In this document: one piece after another, positions 29,245 through 39,758 of the stretch | Numbering within the stretch: the stretch's first letter is position 1 | How the letters are laid out: each line of letters starts with the position of its first letter | Assembly: GCA_963762145.1 (NCBI GenBank) | Contig: CAVXJS010000021.1 | Coordinates: 928,001-992,000, forward strand | Origin: an uncultured Candidatus Rokubacteria bacterium | GTDB lineage: Bacteria > Methylomirabilota > Methylomirabilia > Rokubacteriales > CSP1-6 | DNA length: 64,000 bases | Direction: 5' to 3' | Translations under genes and position numbers: made by a program | Notes under the pieces: model-generated | Databases searched by the model: none | The model's input: only the letters and a program-made list of their open reading frames with translations | Told to the model about the DNA's origin: nothing

Positions 29245-30900
29245 TTAAAAGCTCGTTCGGTTAGGCACGTTGTCCGGGGCACCCACGCGATACCAGCGAT
29301 GACCGTACGGCGGGAGCGTGACCGCGTGCACGCCCTTCTCGGACCGGCTGTGATCCCTGTCGAAGACGTCGACTAGGAGGTCACTGTTGTCGGTTCTGGG
29401 ATCGACGGTCAAGGATTGGCGTCGGCTCGAGAAGTTGTGGAGGGTGAGCATGGACACGCCGCGGAAGTCGTACCGGATCGCGAGCACCTCGGGGACATCG
29501 AGCCGCAGCACCGTGAAGTCACCCCACCCGAACTCGGGACACTCTTTGCGCATCCGGATCCGTCGCTCAACCCAGTTCAGCAGGGACTCCGGCTCGCGGC
29601 GCTGCTGCGCGACGTTCACCTTCTCGTAACCATAGACCACGTCGTTGATGACAGGTCGTACCGTCCGCTCTGCCCGCGAAAAGCCGCCGCGCGGCTCGTT
29701 CGTCCACTGCATCGGCGTTCGGGCGCATTCGCGCTCCTCCATGGTCAGATCATCACCCATGCCGATCTCGTCGCCGTATTGCATCATCGGGGTGCCGGGC
29801 AATGAGAACAGCAGGCTGAACGCGAGCTCGAGCCGCCGCCGGTCGTTCTTCAGCATCGGCGCTAGGCGGCGGCGGATGCCGCGGTCGTAGAGCTGCATCG
29901 ACTTGTCCGGCGCGAACTCCTTGAAGACGGCCGCGCGCTGCTCGGGCGAGAGCCGCCCGAGGTCGAGCTCGTCGTGGGACCGGAGGAAATGGACCCATTG
30001 AGCCGCGTGGGGCTTCTTCGACGTCTGCTGAAGGGCCCACGTGAGCGGCCCGATATCGCCGGTGGCAAGGGCATAGAAAAGGCGTTGGTTGACCGGGAAG
30101 TTAAGCATGAGCTGCAGCCGGTCGCCTTCCGGACCGAAGAACTCCATGCTCTCGTCAGGCGGCACGTTTGCCTCTGCAAGCATGATGGCATCGCGGCATC
30201 GCCACTGCAGGAACTGCCGGAGCTCGTGGAGGAATCCGAAGTCATGCTCCGTCGGGATCGCCACTCCCTTCTTCGCAACGATGAACGGCACGGCGTCCAT
30301 GCGGAATCCCGAGATCCCGAGCTCCAGCCAGTAGCCCATGATCTTGGTGATCTCGTGCCGCACGGATGGATGGAAGGTGTCGAGATCAGGCTGGTGGTCG
30401 TAGAAGCGGTGGAAGTACCACATGCCCGCGGTGTCGCTGAACGTCCACGTGGACTTCTGTGTGCCTGGGAAGACCATTCCCTTGTCGTAGTCATCGGGGC
30501 GCTCGTCGGACCAGACGTACCAGTCGCGGAACGGCGACCGCGGGTCAGCGCACGCCGACTGGAACCAGGGGTGCGCGTCAGAGGTGTGGTTCACGACGAA
30601 ATCGATGATGACTCGAAGCCCGAGCGCCTTCGCATGGTTCATGAACTCCACAAAGTCGCCGGGTGTGCCGTGCTTGGGATGGACCCCGTAGAAGTCGCTG
30701 ATATCGTATCCGTTGTCGCGGTTAGGCGACGGGTTGAACGGTTGTAGCCACAGGCAGGTCACGCCGAGACCCGCAAGGTATTCGAGTCTGCGGTGGAGCC
30801 CCTCGAAGTCACCGATTCCATCGCCATTCGCGTCCATGTACTTTTCAACATCCAGACAGTACAGGATCGCGTTCTTGTACCAAAGGTCGTGGACGGCCAT
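29245..30900 (-). CDS. GH13 trehalose synthase-like/alpha-amylase family protein
   Basis: DLWYKNA, RDNGYDISD, VVNHTSD.HPWF, GFRMDAVPF, AEAN, FLRSHDEL, GIRRRLAPML. Confidence 0.92.
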   Translation of the reverse strand: MAVHDLWYKNAILYCLDVEKYMDANGDGIGDFEGLHRRLEYLAGLGVTCLWLQPFNPSPNRDNGYDISDFYGVHPKHGTPGDFVEFMNHAKALGLRVIIDFVVNHTSDAHPWFQSACADPRSPFRDWYVWSDERPDDYDKGMVFPGTQKSTWTFSDTAGMWYFHRFYDHQPDLDTFHPSVRHEITKIMGYWLELGISGFRMDAVPFIVAKKGVAIPTEHDFGFLHELRQFLQWRCRDAIMLAEANVPPDESMEFFGPEGDRLQLMLNFPVNQRLFYALATGDIGPLTWALQQTSKKPHAAQWVHFLRSHDELDLGRLSPEQRAAVFKEFAPDKSMQLYDRGIRRRLAPMLKNDRRRLELAFSLLFSLPGTPMMQYGDEIGMGDDLTMEERECARTPMQWTNEPRGGFSRAERTVRPVINDVVYGYEKVNVAQQRREPESLLNWVERRIRMRKECPEFGWGDFTVLRLDVPEVLAIRYDFRGVSMLTLHNFSSRRQSLTVDPRTDNSDLLVDVFDRDHSRSEKGVHAVTLPPYGHRWYRVGAPDNVPNRTSF

Positions 30901-32219
30901 GCTACAGACTCCCGGCGTGGAACGGGCCGCCTTCCTGGTTCGCGCTCTTCCACCTTCCCTTACTCGTACTCCAGCGCGTGCACCCGGTAGAGGTTCTCGC
31001 CCCCGTGATGAAATGTCCGGCGGCATCTCTCATAGTCCGGGCATTAAGCTCGTCGCTTGGCGGTTCCATGATAGCCCCCTCTGGTGTTCGGCTTGCACGG
31101 CGAACGGACCCCGGCAGAAATCGAAGCCGGTCACCCGTGCCTTGTCAGCTGACCGGGGAGTCCGAAGAAGACGGGACCGGTGTTCCCCGATGCCGCCATG
31201 TGAGGCGTACCCAAGTCAGAACTCCAGCAAGGGCTGTGCCTGAAGCTGCCGAAGATCAGCATCTCGTAACGGGGTTTGAGCCTCTCCTATGGTGCCGGCC
31301 GTCTCAATGCCGTCCCCGTACTTCCTGGTTCCGCCGATTCTGAACGATCTGCCATAGATCAGCCGTCATCTCACGGTCGCCACCATCAGCGATCGCGATG
31401 TGCTCGAGGCACAGCGAGGCCAAGAGAGCCGACTGCCCTGACGTCAGTTCCCGATTGCCGGACGCCGGCTTCGAACACACTTCACAGTTCGTCATCCCAT
31501 CTGGCGCCCAACGCAAGGGCTGTGCCGCGTCCCGTGCGCCTACGTCTCGAGTGGTTCTTCCAGACACTAGGGATGACTTCGCAGGGGAATTTGTTACCGG
31601 GTCGCGGTCCGATGGGCCTTGGCACCCTGGCGTCGATCCCGCGATGACCCTCTCAGGCGGGCGGCTTGACCCGGACGTAACCGATCCGCGTCCGGATCGG
31701 CCTCGAGCCTCGCGTATCAAAGCAACAGTGCCGGTAAGTATCACCGAGCAGTCTCTACCTTCCGCTCATGCATAAGAGGCAGAACTCGCTCTCTGCAATT
31801 TGATGGTGGCGGACCGATCGCGGCATACTCCTTGCTCTGTCGGGCTTTGCTTTTGTTCGGAACTCAGTAACCGAAGCGGCGCGGGCCGCCTCAGAGAGTG
31901 ACGTGAACTTCAGAACAGCCATCGCGGTCGAACTGACAGGCTTCTTTCCCCCCTCCCCCGCGCCAGCGTGGCAGCGAACCGGCGGCAGATCGAGCAGCGG
32001 GACGGGCTCACCTGGTGGTGGGATGCCCACGCCAGGCGCGCCGACCTCATCCACCCGCGTCCGGATCGAACACACCCCGATCTCCCAGCCATGAACAACC
32101 CCAGTCAGGATCCAAACAGCCGCTGTCCTGCTGGTCACACGCGGCCGAAGACGAATCAGCCGTGCCAGCCCACGATCAATAACCCGGCACCGAAGAACAA
32201 GTAGCGAACGGAGCGTGTC

Positions 32220-32745
32220 ATGGAATCACCCGTTCAGACAATCGGCACCGAACAGCCCGCCCCGGTCCACGACGCTCACATCACGATCAGGTTGAACGGA
32301 ACCGCGCGGGGGCTCGACGTGGCCCCGTGGACGACCCTGCTCGACGCCCTTCGCGAACACTTAGACATGACTGGCACGAAGAAAGGCTGCGATCACGGCC
32401 AGTGCGGCGCCTGTACCGTCCTGGTGGACGGCACGCGCATCGTGTCCTGCTTGACCCTGGCCATCATGCAGGATGGCGCCGAGGTCACGACCATCGAGGG
32501 CCTGGCCGAAGGTGACACGCTGCACCCGCTACAAGCCGCGTTCCTCGAGCACGATGCCTTTCAGTGCGGGTACTGCACGCCGGGCCAGATCTGCTCCGCC
32601 ATCGGGCTGATCCGCGAGGGGCGAGCGCAGGACCGCCGACGAGATCCGCGAGCTGATGAGCGGCAACCTCTGCCGCTGCGGCGCTTATCCCAACATCGTG
32701 GCGGCGATCCAGGCGGCGATGGCCGGCGCGGGGCCGCCGCGATGA
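32220..32745 (+). CDS. paoA: Aldehyde oxidoreductase 2Fe-2S subunit (PaoA/YagT-like; frameshift near 32630)
   Basis: [25 protein letters not shown], then GNLCRCGAY in the shifted frame. Confidence 0.88.
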
Positions 32746-33735
32746 ACCGCTTCGCCTACACGCGGGTCGACGACGTTGCGAGCGCGGTTCGCGAGATCTC
32801 CGACGACGGCGCCGCCAGGTTCATCGCGGGCGGCACGAATCTCCTCGACCTCATGAAGGAGAACGTCGAGCGGCCCGAGCCGCCTGATCGACATCACGCA
32901 TTTGGCGCTTCGGGACATCGAGCCGACCGCCGAGGGTGGGTTGCGGCTCGGCGCGCTGGCGACGAACACGGACGTCGCCTATGACGCCCGGATCGAGCGG
33001 CGCTACCCGCTCGTGGCGCAAGCTATCCTAGCCGGCGCCTCCCCGCAGCTGCGAAACATGGCCTCTGTCGGAGGTAACTTGATGCAGCGCGCCCGTTGCG
33101 CCTACTTCTATGACACCGCGACGCCGTGCAACAAGCGCGCACCGGGGTCGGGGTGCTCAGCGGTCGGTGGGTTCAATCGATACCATGCCATCCTCGGGGC
33201 GAGCGAGCAGTGCATCGCGGTCCATCCTTCGGATATGTGCGTGGCCTTGGCCGCGCTGGAGGCGGTGGTCCGTGTAACGGGAGCCCGTGGGGACCGTACG
33301 ATCCCGTTCGACGACTTCCACCGCCTCCCCGACGACACGCCGTTCCTCGACACGAACAAGCGCCCCGACGAGCTCATCACGGCCGTCGACCTGCCCGCCG
33401 ATGGCTTCGCCGAGCACTACGCCTACCTGAAAGTCCGCGACCGCGCCTCGTACGCCTTCGCATTGGTGTCGGTGGCGGTGGCCTTGCGGATGGACGGCGA
33501 GACGATCCTGGCGGCGCGGCTCGCGCTCGGGGGAGTGGCCCACAAACCGTGGCGCGACCGCTCGGCCGAGGCCGCACTACAGGGCCGGCCGGCCTCGCAG
33601 GCATCGTTCCACCACGTGGGGGAGATGTTAGTGCGGGACGCCCGGGGCTTCGGCCACAATACATTCAAGATCGATTTGGTAAAGCGTGCCGTCGTCCGCG
33701 CCCTCGGCCAGGCCGCCGGCATCGAGGCCGCCTAG
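32742..33735 (+). CDS. paoB: Aldehyde oxidoreductase FAD subunit (PaoB/YagS-like; frameshift near 32880)
   Basis: AGGTNLLDLMK, ASPQLRNMA, RCAYFYD..CNKR.PGSGC, YLKVRDRASYAFAL. Confidence 0.9.
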
Positions 33736-33759
33736 AGCCAGAACAGGGAGTCACCCGCC

Positions 33760-36003
33760 ATGACGACCGCGCACATCGGACAACCCACTCCCCGGGTCGA
33801 CGGCCGCGCCAAGGTGACCGGCGCGGCCCGGTATGCCGCCGAGTACAACGTGCCTCACCTGGCCCATGGCTACGTGGTCGGTAGCGCGGTGGCCAAAGGT
33901 GTGATCGTCTCGATCGACGCCAGCGCGGCCCTCGCGGTGTCGGGCGTGTTCCAGGTCTTCACGCACGAGAACGTCCGGGGGCTTCCGCGGCGCGACAGCA
34001 AGTACCGCGACGAAGTATCCCCGCCCACCGGCTCGCCATTCCGCCCGCTCCGCAACGATGAGATCCAGTTCAGCGGGCAACCCGTCGCGCTCGTGGTCGC
34101 CGAGACCTTCGAGCTGGCGCGGCAAGCCGCGACCCTCGTCCGCGTCGAGTACGCCCCGCAAGGCACACCACACGAGCCTGGAAGTGGAGCGCCATGCCGC
34201 CCATGAGCCGCGAGCACCGGACACCGCCCCCGGATGCCCGTGGCGACGCCGACGGAGCCTTCGCGGCCGCCGCAGTGCAGCTCGAGGCCGAGTACCTCGT
34301 GCCGGCCGAGCACCACAACCCGATGGAGCTGTTCGCGGCCACCGTGGTCCGTCATGACGACGGGACGTTGACGGTCTACGACAAGACCCAGGGCGTGCTA
34401 GAACGTCCAGGACTATCTCTGCCAGCGTGTTCGGCGTACGCCCCGGACGAGCTGCGCGTCGTCTCTCCCTTCGTGGGCGGGGCGTTCGGCTCGGGGCTGC
34501 GCCCGCAGTACCACGTGTTCCTGGCCGTGCTGGCGGCGCGGGAGCTGAAGCGCTCGGTCCGGGTGTCGCTGACGCGCCAGCAGATGTTCAGCCTTCGGGC
34601 ACCGCCCCGCCACCTGGCAGCGCGTCGCGCTCGGCGCCTCCCCCGACGGCACGCTGGAGGCCGTCATCCACGAGGCGATCGCCGAGACCTCGCAGTTCGA
34701 GGACTATCAGCGAGACGGTCGTCAACTGGTCGGGCATGCTCTACCGGTGCGACAACGTCACGTTCGATCACAAGGTGGTCAAGCTCGACTGTCTACACGC
34801 CGATGCGACATGCGGGCGCCGGGCGCCGCCTGGGGCGTGTACGCGCTCGAGATGCGCGATGGACGAGCTGGCCGTCAAGCTCGGCATCGACCCGGTCGAG
34901 CTGCGGCTGCAGAACTACGCCGAGAGGGACCAGAACGAGGACAAGCCGTTCTCGAGCAAGGAGCTCCGCGCCTGCTACCGGCAGGGCGCCGAGCGGTTCG
35001 GCTGGGCGCGCCGCAACCCCGAGCCGCGGTCGATGCGCGAGGGCGACCGCTCGTCGGCTGGGGCATGGCCGGCGGGCGTGCTGGGAGGCGCAGCAGCGAG
35101 CCGGCGACGGCGAAAGCCGTGCTCACCGCCGACGGCAAGCTCACGGTGAGCAGCGCGACGGCGGACATCGGCACCGGCACCTACACGATCATGACGCAGA
35201 TCGCCGCCGAGACTCGCTCGGGCTGCCGATCGAGGACGTGACGTTCACGCTCGGCGATTCGTCCCTGCCGAACGCGCCCGTCGAGGGCGGGTCGTTGACG
35301 GCCGCCTCGGTCGGGCTCGGCGGTCCAGGCCGCCTGCAACGAGGTGCGTGAAAGCCTGTTCGAGCTCGCGCGGAAGCTCGACGACTCGCCGCTCGCGGGC
35401 GCCGAGCTCGCGGACGTGACGTTCACCGACGGGCACCTCCGATTGCCGCGCGACCCGTGCCGGGCCGTGTCCCTGACCGAGATGCGCCTGCAGGGCGAGT
35501 CGACGACCATCGAAGCGGAGACGACGGCCGGGCCCTCGCCAGAAGCAGCAAGGACTACGCCGATCTACTCGCACTCGGCGGTGTTCGCCGAGGTGCAGGT
35601 CGACGAAGACCTCGGCACGGTGCGGGTCACGCGGGTCGTCAGCGCGGTGGCGGGCGGCCGCATCCTGAACCCGAAGACGGCGCGCAGTCAGATCCTCGGC
35701 GGGATCGTCTGGGGCATCGGCATGGCGCTGGAGGAGGAAAGCGTGCTCGACCACAGCTTCGGGCGGTTCATGACCCACAACCTGGCCGAGTACCACATCC
35801 CGGTCAACGCCGACGTGCAGGACATCGAGGTGATCTTCGTCGAGGAACACGACGAGGTCGTCAATCCGCTCGGCGCGAAGGGGCTGGGGGAGATCGGCGT
35901 CGTCGGCGTGGCGGCGGCGATCGCCAATGCGGTCTACCACGCCACGGGCAGACGCGTCCGCGATCTGCCGATCACCCTCGACAAGTTGCTCGCGGCCACG
36001 TGA
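33760..36003 (+). CDS. paoC: Aldehyde oxidoreductase molybdopterin subunit (PaoC/YagR-like; multiple frameshifts)
   Basis: RVDGRAKVTGAARYAAE, HHNPME, FVGGAFGS, DIGTGTYT, NPLGAKGLGEIG spread over several frames. Confidence 0.88.
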
Positions 36004-36173
36004 GCGTCAGGTCGGCTTGCGGCCCAAACCCTCGCGCAACTCCCCTTCGCGCGCTCGAGCAGGAGACAGCTGCCGCGCTCCAGCCACCCAGGCTGTGAGG
36101 TGGGAGCAAGCCGCCGACGAGCAGATTCGCCATCGCCCGTGGCGGCGACTTCAATCGCTACTAGGACGATCCC

Positions 36174-36938
36174 TTACCGGATTCCCCGTTCCCAGTACTT
36201 CGGCCGGTCGTGATGCTCGAAGAGCCGGGTTTCGTACTCTCGCTCGAACGCCCGGCTTGGATCATATTCGGGTGCCGCCTTGATGTCGTTCTGACGGAGA
36301 CCAACGTGGACCTTCGATTCGGGCCAGCTCACCGTCTTGATCCAGTCGGGCGAAAGCACCACCTTCTTGCCGGGCCACCAGTTGCGTGTATCGACCACCA
36401 GGTAGCGGATCGCCCATGCCGGGTCATCGATGAGGAAGTCCTCCACGTGACCGATGTCGCCGTCGAGTGCGGCAATGTAGTAGCCGGTCACGTCGCGCGC
36501 GCTCCGGAGGTACGGATCTCCCTTGGGGTTGTCGCGGTCGCAGGCGGTCATCTCCTCCAGGACCGGCGGCACCGGCGGCATCCCGGGATAAGCCAGTAGA
36601 CCCCAGCGATTCGGACCTTCCCAGTAGTACTGCTGGTTGTAGTAGCGCGCGAGCGCTTCCTCCTGCTGACGGTCCACCGGCTTGTCGGCGTCGATCGGCG
36701 GGCTGTTTTCGACCTGCTCCCGACTGAGGTTTACAGCCACCCTGCCGGTCAGCAACTCCCCGCGCACCGACAACGGGGAGATCAGCACCTGACGGCCGGG
36801 CAGCCAGTTGCCGGTATCCACCACTAGGTAACGAATGGTCCACGTGATGTGGTCAAAGTAGAGATCGCGGATACTGCCGATGTCTCCGTCCATGGCCGCG
36901 ATCGAAAGCCCCCTGAACCCGCTCGCCGGATTGAGCAT
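36174..36938 (-). CDS. Tandem PRC-barrel domain protein
   Basis: Two repeats of A.DGDIG...D...D...W.IRYLVVDT.NW.PG..V..SP; AGGAGG RBS. Confidence 0.92.
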   Translation of the reverse strand: MLNPASGFRGLSIAAMDGDIGSIRDLYFDHITWTIRYLVVDTGNWLPGRQVLISPLSVRGELLTGRVAVNLSREQVENSPPIDADKPVDRQQEEALARYYNQQYYWEGPNRWGLLAYPGMPPVPPVLEEMTACDRDNPKGDPYLRSARDVTGYYIAALDGDIGHVEDFLIDDPAWAIRYLVVDTRNWWPGKKVVLSPDWIKTVSWPESKVHVGLRQNDIKAAPEYDPSRAFEREYETRLFEHHDRPKYWERGIR

Positions 36939-37179
36939 GGTATTCCTCCTTTCCGCCTCCCAAGGCATTTCCCGTGCAAACGCTCAATAACGCGCAGGAG
37001 GACGCGGTCCCCACAAACGTCGATGGCAGGCCGTAAGGTTTACCGGGAAAGATCGCGGCGCCAGTAACTCGTGGGCGCCGCACGGGCGGCAATTAGACGG
37101 GGACGGCGCTCCCGCGGGTCGGATCGGACACGCTGCGCGAGGGAGCCGAGGGATCGCCGTGCGCATCGTTGCCTCACTG

Positions 37180-37305
37180 GGCAAGGCACTCGTTTCGAGC
37201 ACAGTGCGCGATCTCACCGACTGTTCCGGCTTCCCGTTTGTCGATCGCGGCGTGCACACGCTGAAGGGTGTGCCCGAGCCGCGTCAGGTATTCGCCCTGG
37301 TCTAA
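37180..37305 (+). pseudogene. Class III adenylate/guanylate cyclase C-terminal remnant
   Basis: Manual translation GKALVSSTVRDLTDCSGFPFVDRGVHTLKGVPEPRQVFALV*, containing the LKG motif. Confidence 0.7.
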
Positions 37306-37365
37306 GAACCGACTCCCGGTTGCGTTCCCGGGGTTCAAGTCGTGTTGGGTGCCGTTGGAAGAAGG

Positions 37366-37683
37366 CTATTTTGCCCGCTCATGGATGCACGCGAGATACG
37401 TCTGCCGGTAAACTGGTTCCTCACCAATGGGTGCAACTCGAGACGGGGATGTGCCCGACTGGGCACTGTCGGCCACCCACCCATCGGTCGGGTTGCTCCC
37501 CGGCGGAGGAGCTGACGGAGGCGTGGTTCCGGCGCCTGGCTTTACGGGGGCCGCCTTGCTGACTTGTGCCGCCTTGTGGTCGCAGTAGTCCATATCCCCC
37601 TTGGTGGGGTGGGCCGCCAAAGCACCGCCGGCTAAGGTCCCGACTACGAGGACCCCGGTCCCGACGAATCGCCAAAGCTTCAT
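37366..37683 (-). CDS. Small secreted hypothetical protein
   Basis: Signal peptide (ALA-A), two Cys, Pro-rich linker; GGAGG RBS. Confidence 0.7.
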   Translation of the reverse strand: MKLWRFVGTGVLVVGTLAGGALAAHPTKGDMDYCDHKAAQVSKAAPVKPGAGTTPPSAPPPGSNPTDGWVADSAQSGTSPSRVAPIGEEPVYRQTYLACIHERAK

Positions 37684-37952
37684 GGCTCCCTCCTCTCGAT
37701 TCGACATTCAAAGACGGGCGCATATTCCGTTCCAATCAAGAAGGCTCACGTGTCGGACCTCTTTCGGGGCCTCTGACCGACTAGAGGTAACCCTTACATA
37801 GAAAGAACGTGGAGATATCAATTCTCCGGACCTACGTAGCTGAGCCCCAACGCGACAATGAGCCTTTTCCGGGTCACCCCCGAGCGCTGTGGAAGGCGAT
37901 CCGCGCTAAGGTCCTATTGCTGAAGGGCCGGCCTGTCCTACAGAGGAGGCTC

Positions 37953-39044
37953 ATGCGAACGAGAGCTCCTGTGGCTCTTCTCCTTGCCGCCGCGCTCGGC
38001 GTGGTGGCCTACCGTCGTGCGCTCGCACGGATAGGGTCGTCAGCACTCGCCGGAGGCCTCGCGCTCGGCGGCTATGGTCCCTCTCCGAGACGTGCGTCCG
38101 TAGCCCGGCCGGATCTCCTGAAGCTGCGCCGCGCCGAGGCCGAACGGAATAGGAGCGCGCACCGCCGAGTGCTCGTTCGGCTGCTCGAACGCATCAAGGC
38201 CGAGTACGACCGGTACACCGCGGGCGCACAGAAGGAACCGCCGGTGCTCGACGTCCTGATCGTCTCGGGCGGAGGGGACTGGAGAGCGTTCGGGGCGGGG
38301 TTTCTCAAGGGGTGGCATAAGGTGCCTGCCCAGCACCCACTCGCCAAGCCCGAGTTCGACATCGTGACCGGGGTGAGCACCGGCACCCTGATCGCGCCGT
38401 TCACATTTCTGGGGGACGAGCCGGCGCTCGACCAGATCGTGAACCTCTACCGCAACCCAGGGGCGGACTGGGTGAAGCCGCGTGGGATGCTCTATTTCCT
38501 ACCTGACAACATCTCGTTCAGCATTGCGAAGGCGGGCGCCGACGGTCGAATGCTGGTGGTGAACACGACCAACCTCGACGACGCCGGACCGCGTGTGTTC
38601 GACCTGGTCGAGGAAGCGCAGCGCGCCGCCGACTCGGGCGAGCTCGAACGTCTTCACAGCATCATGTTGGCCTCGGCGGGCATCCCCGGCGCGTTCCCGT
38701 TCCGGATCATCGACCAGGAGCTCTACGTGGATGGCGGCGTGACGGGAAACATCCTCTATGGCGGACAGGCCGAAGAGGAGGATGCCCTGCCGGCCCTCTG
38801 GCAGCGGACCTATCCAGACGTCCCGATCCCCAAGATCCGTTTCTGGATCATTTTCAACAATCAGTTCCGCCCGGTGCCGCACGTGACGCCGCCGAAGTGG
38901 ATCGCGGTCGTTGAACGAAGCCTGGAGACGGCAACGCGCGCGTCCACGGCCACCGCGGTGAAGCATCTCGTCGCGCTCGCGGAGATCGCTCGACTCAAGC
39001 GCAAGGCCGACGTGGAAATTCGCCTCGTGTCGATTCCCGGCGAC
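37953..39044 (+). pseudogene. Patatin-like phospholipase, 3'-truncated at the repeat junction
   Basis: SGGGDWRAFG, GVSTG, YVDGGV. After RLVSIPGD the frame runs into the antisense strand of DUF1028 with no native stop. Confidence 0.75.
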
Positions 39045-39106
39045 TCAGCGCGGCCGGGCGGCCAGCCAGTCGTGCAGCGGGGGCACCCGCGCGTCCACCT
39101 GACGCA
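39044..39106. repeat. Imperfect direct repeat, copy 2
   Basis: Matches 20786-20849. Confidence 0.9.
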
Positions 39107-39758
39107 GGTTGTAGTACGGGATCGCGGGCCGGTAGACGTCGAAGACCCGCCGCAGCTCCCCGATCGGCTCGGCGTGGACGTCCACGCGGAGATCGACGTG
39201 GGCGAAGGGCCGGTCGTCGAAGACCAGGAGGGCGGCGGACTGCTGGCCTCCGTGCTGCCCGCCCGCGTCGCGCCCGGCCTCGATCGTCCGGAGCAGGCGC
39301 TCCTCGAGATCCTCGCCGGGATCGGCGGCGAAGGCCTTCTCCATCGCGTCGAGCACGTGCTCCCCGGTGAGCACGTTGCCGAGCACGATGTGGTCGTTCC
39401 GCACGTGGTGGCCGGCCCAGTCGCGATTCATCTTGCCGGTGCGCGCGGCCGCGAAGCCGTCGGCGTCAATGACCCCGAGCTGCCGGTACTCCGCGTAGGG
39501 GTCGGCCTTGACCAGCTCCTCGATCACCGCGGGCGCCTTGAAGCCCATCTCGAGCAGCCGCAGCGCCATGTAGCCCAGGCGCGCATCCGCGATGGCCATG
39601 ATGGCGACGGCGCCCAGTCCCGCGCGCACGTGAGGCACCCGCGCGCCGACCGCGAGCGAGCGGGTGGCGGTGGCGATGCCGAGGCGCCCGGTTCGGGGAC
39701 AGCGTCCGAGCACCGTGAACGTATGGAACTCGACGCCCGGCGGCCGGCCCGCGCTCAT
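39045..39758 (-). CDS. DUF1028 family (Ntn-hydrolase-like) protein
   Basis: HTFTVLGRC...GIATATRSLAVGARVP, YRQLGVID, GN.L, AGG...GQQSAAL, DLRVDVHAEPI.EL.R. Confidence 0.9.
   Translation of the reverse strand: MSAGRPPGVEFHTFTVLGRCPRTGRLGIATATRSLAVGARVPHVRAGLGAVAIMAIADARLGYMALRLLEMGFKAPAVIEELVKADPYAEYRQLGVIDADGFAAARTGKMNRDWAGHHVRNDHIVLGNVLTGEHVLDAMEKAFAADPGEDLEERLLRTIEAGRDAGGQHGGQQSAALLVFDDRPFAHVDLRVDVHAEPIGELRRVFDVYRPAIPYYNLRQVDARVPPLHDWLAARPR

Noticed and set aside
37690-37860. Riboswitch upstream of the secreted protein at 37683
   Set aside because: It has a weak GAAA-capped hairpin only and no match I could make to a known riboswitch consensus.
20786-39106. Repeat pair as a diversity-generating retroelement TR/VR
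   Set aside because: There are only three substitutions, they are not adenine-specific in either copy, and no reverse transcriptase is in the window.
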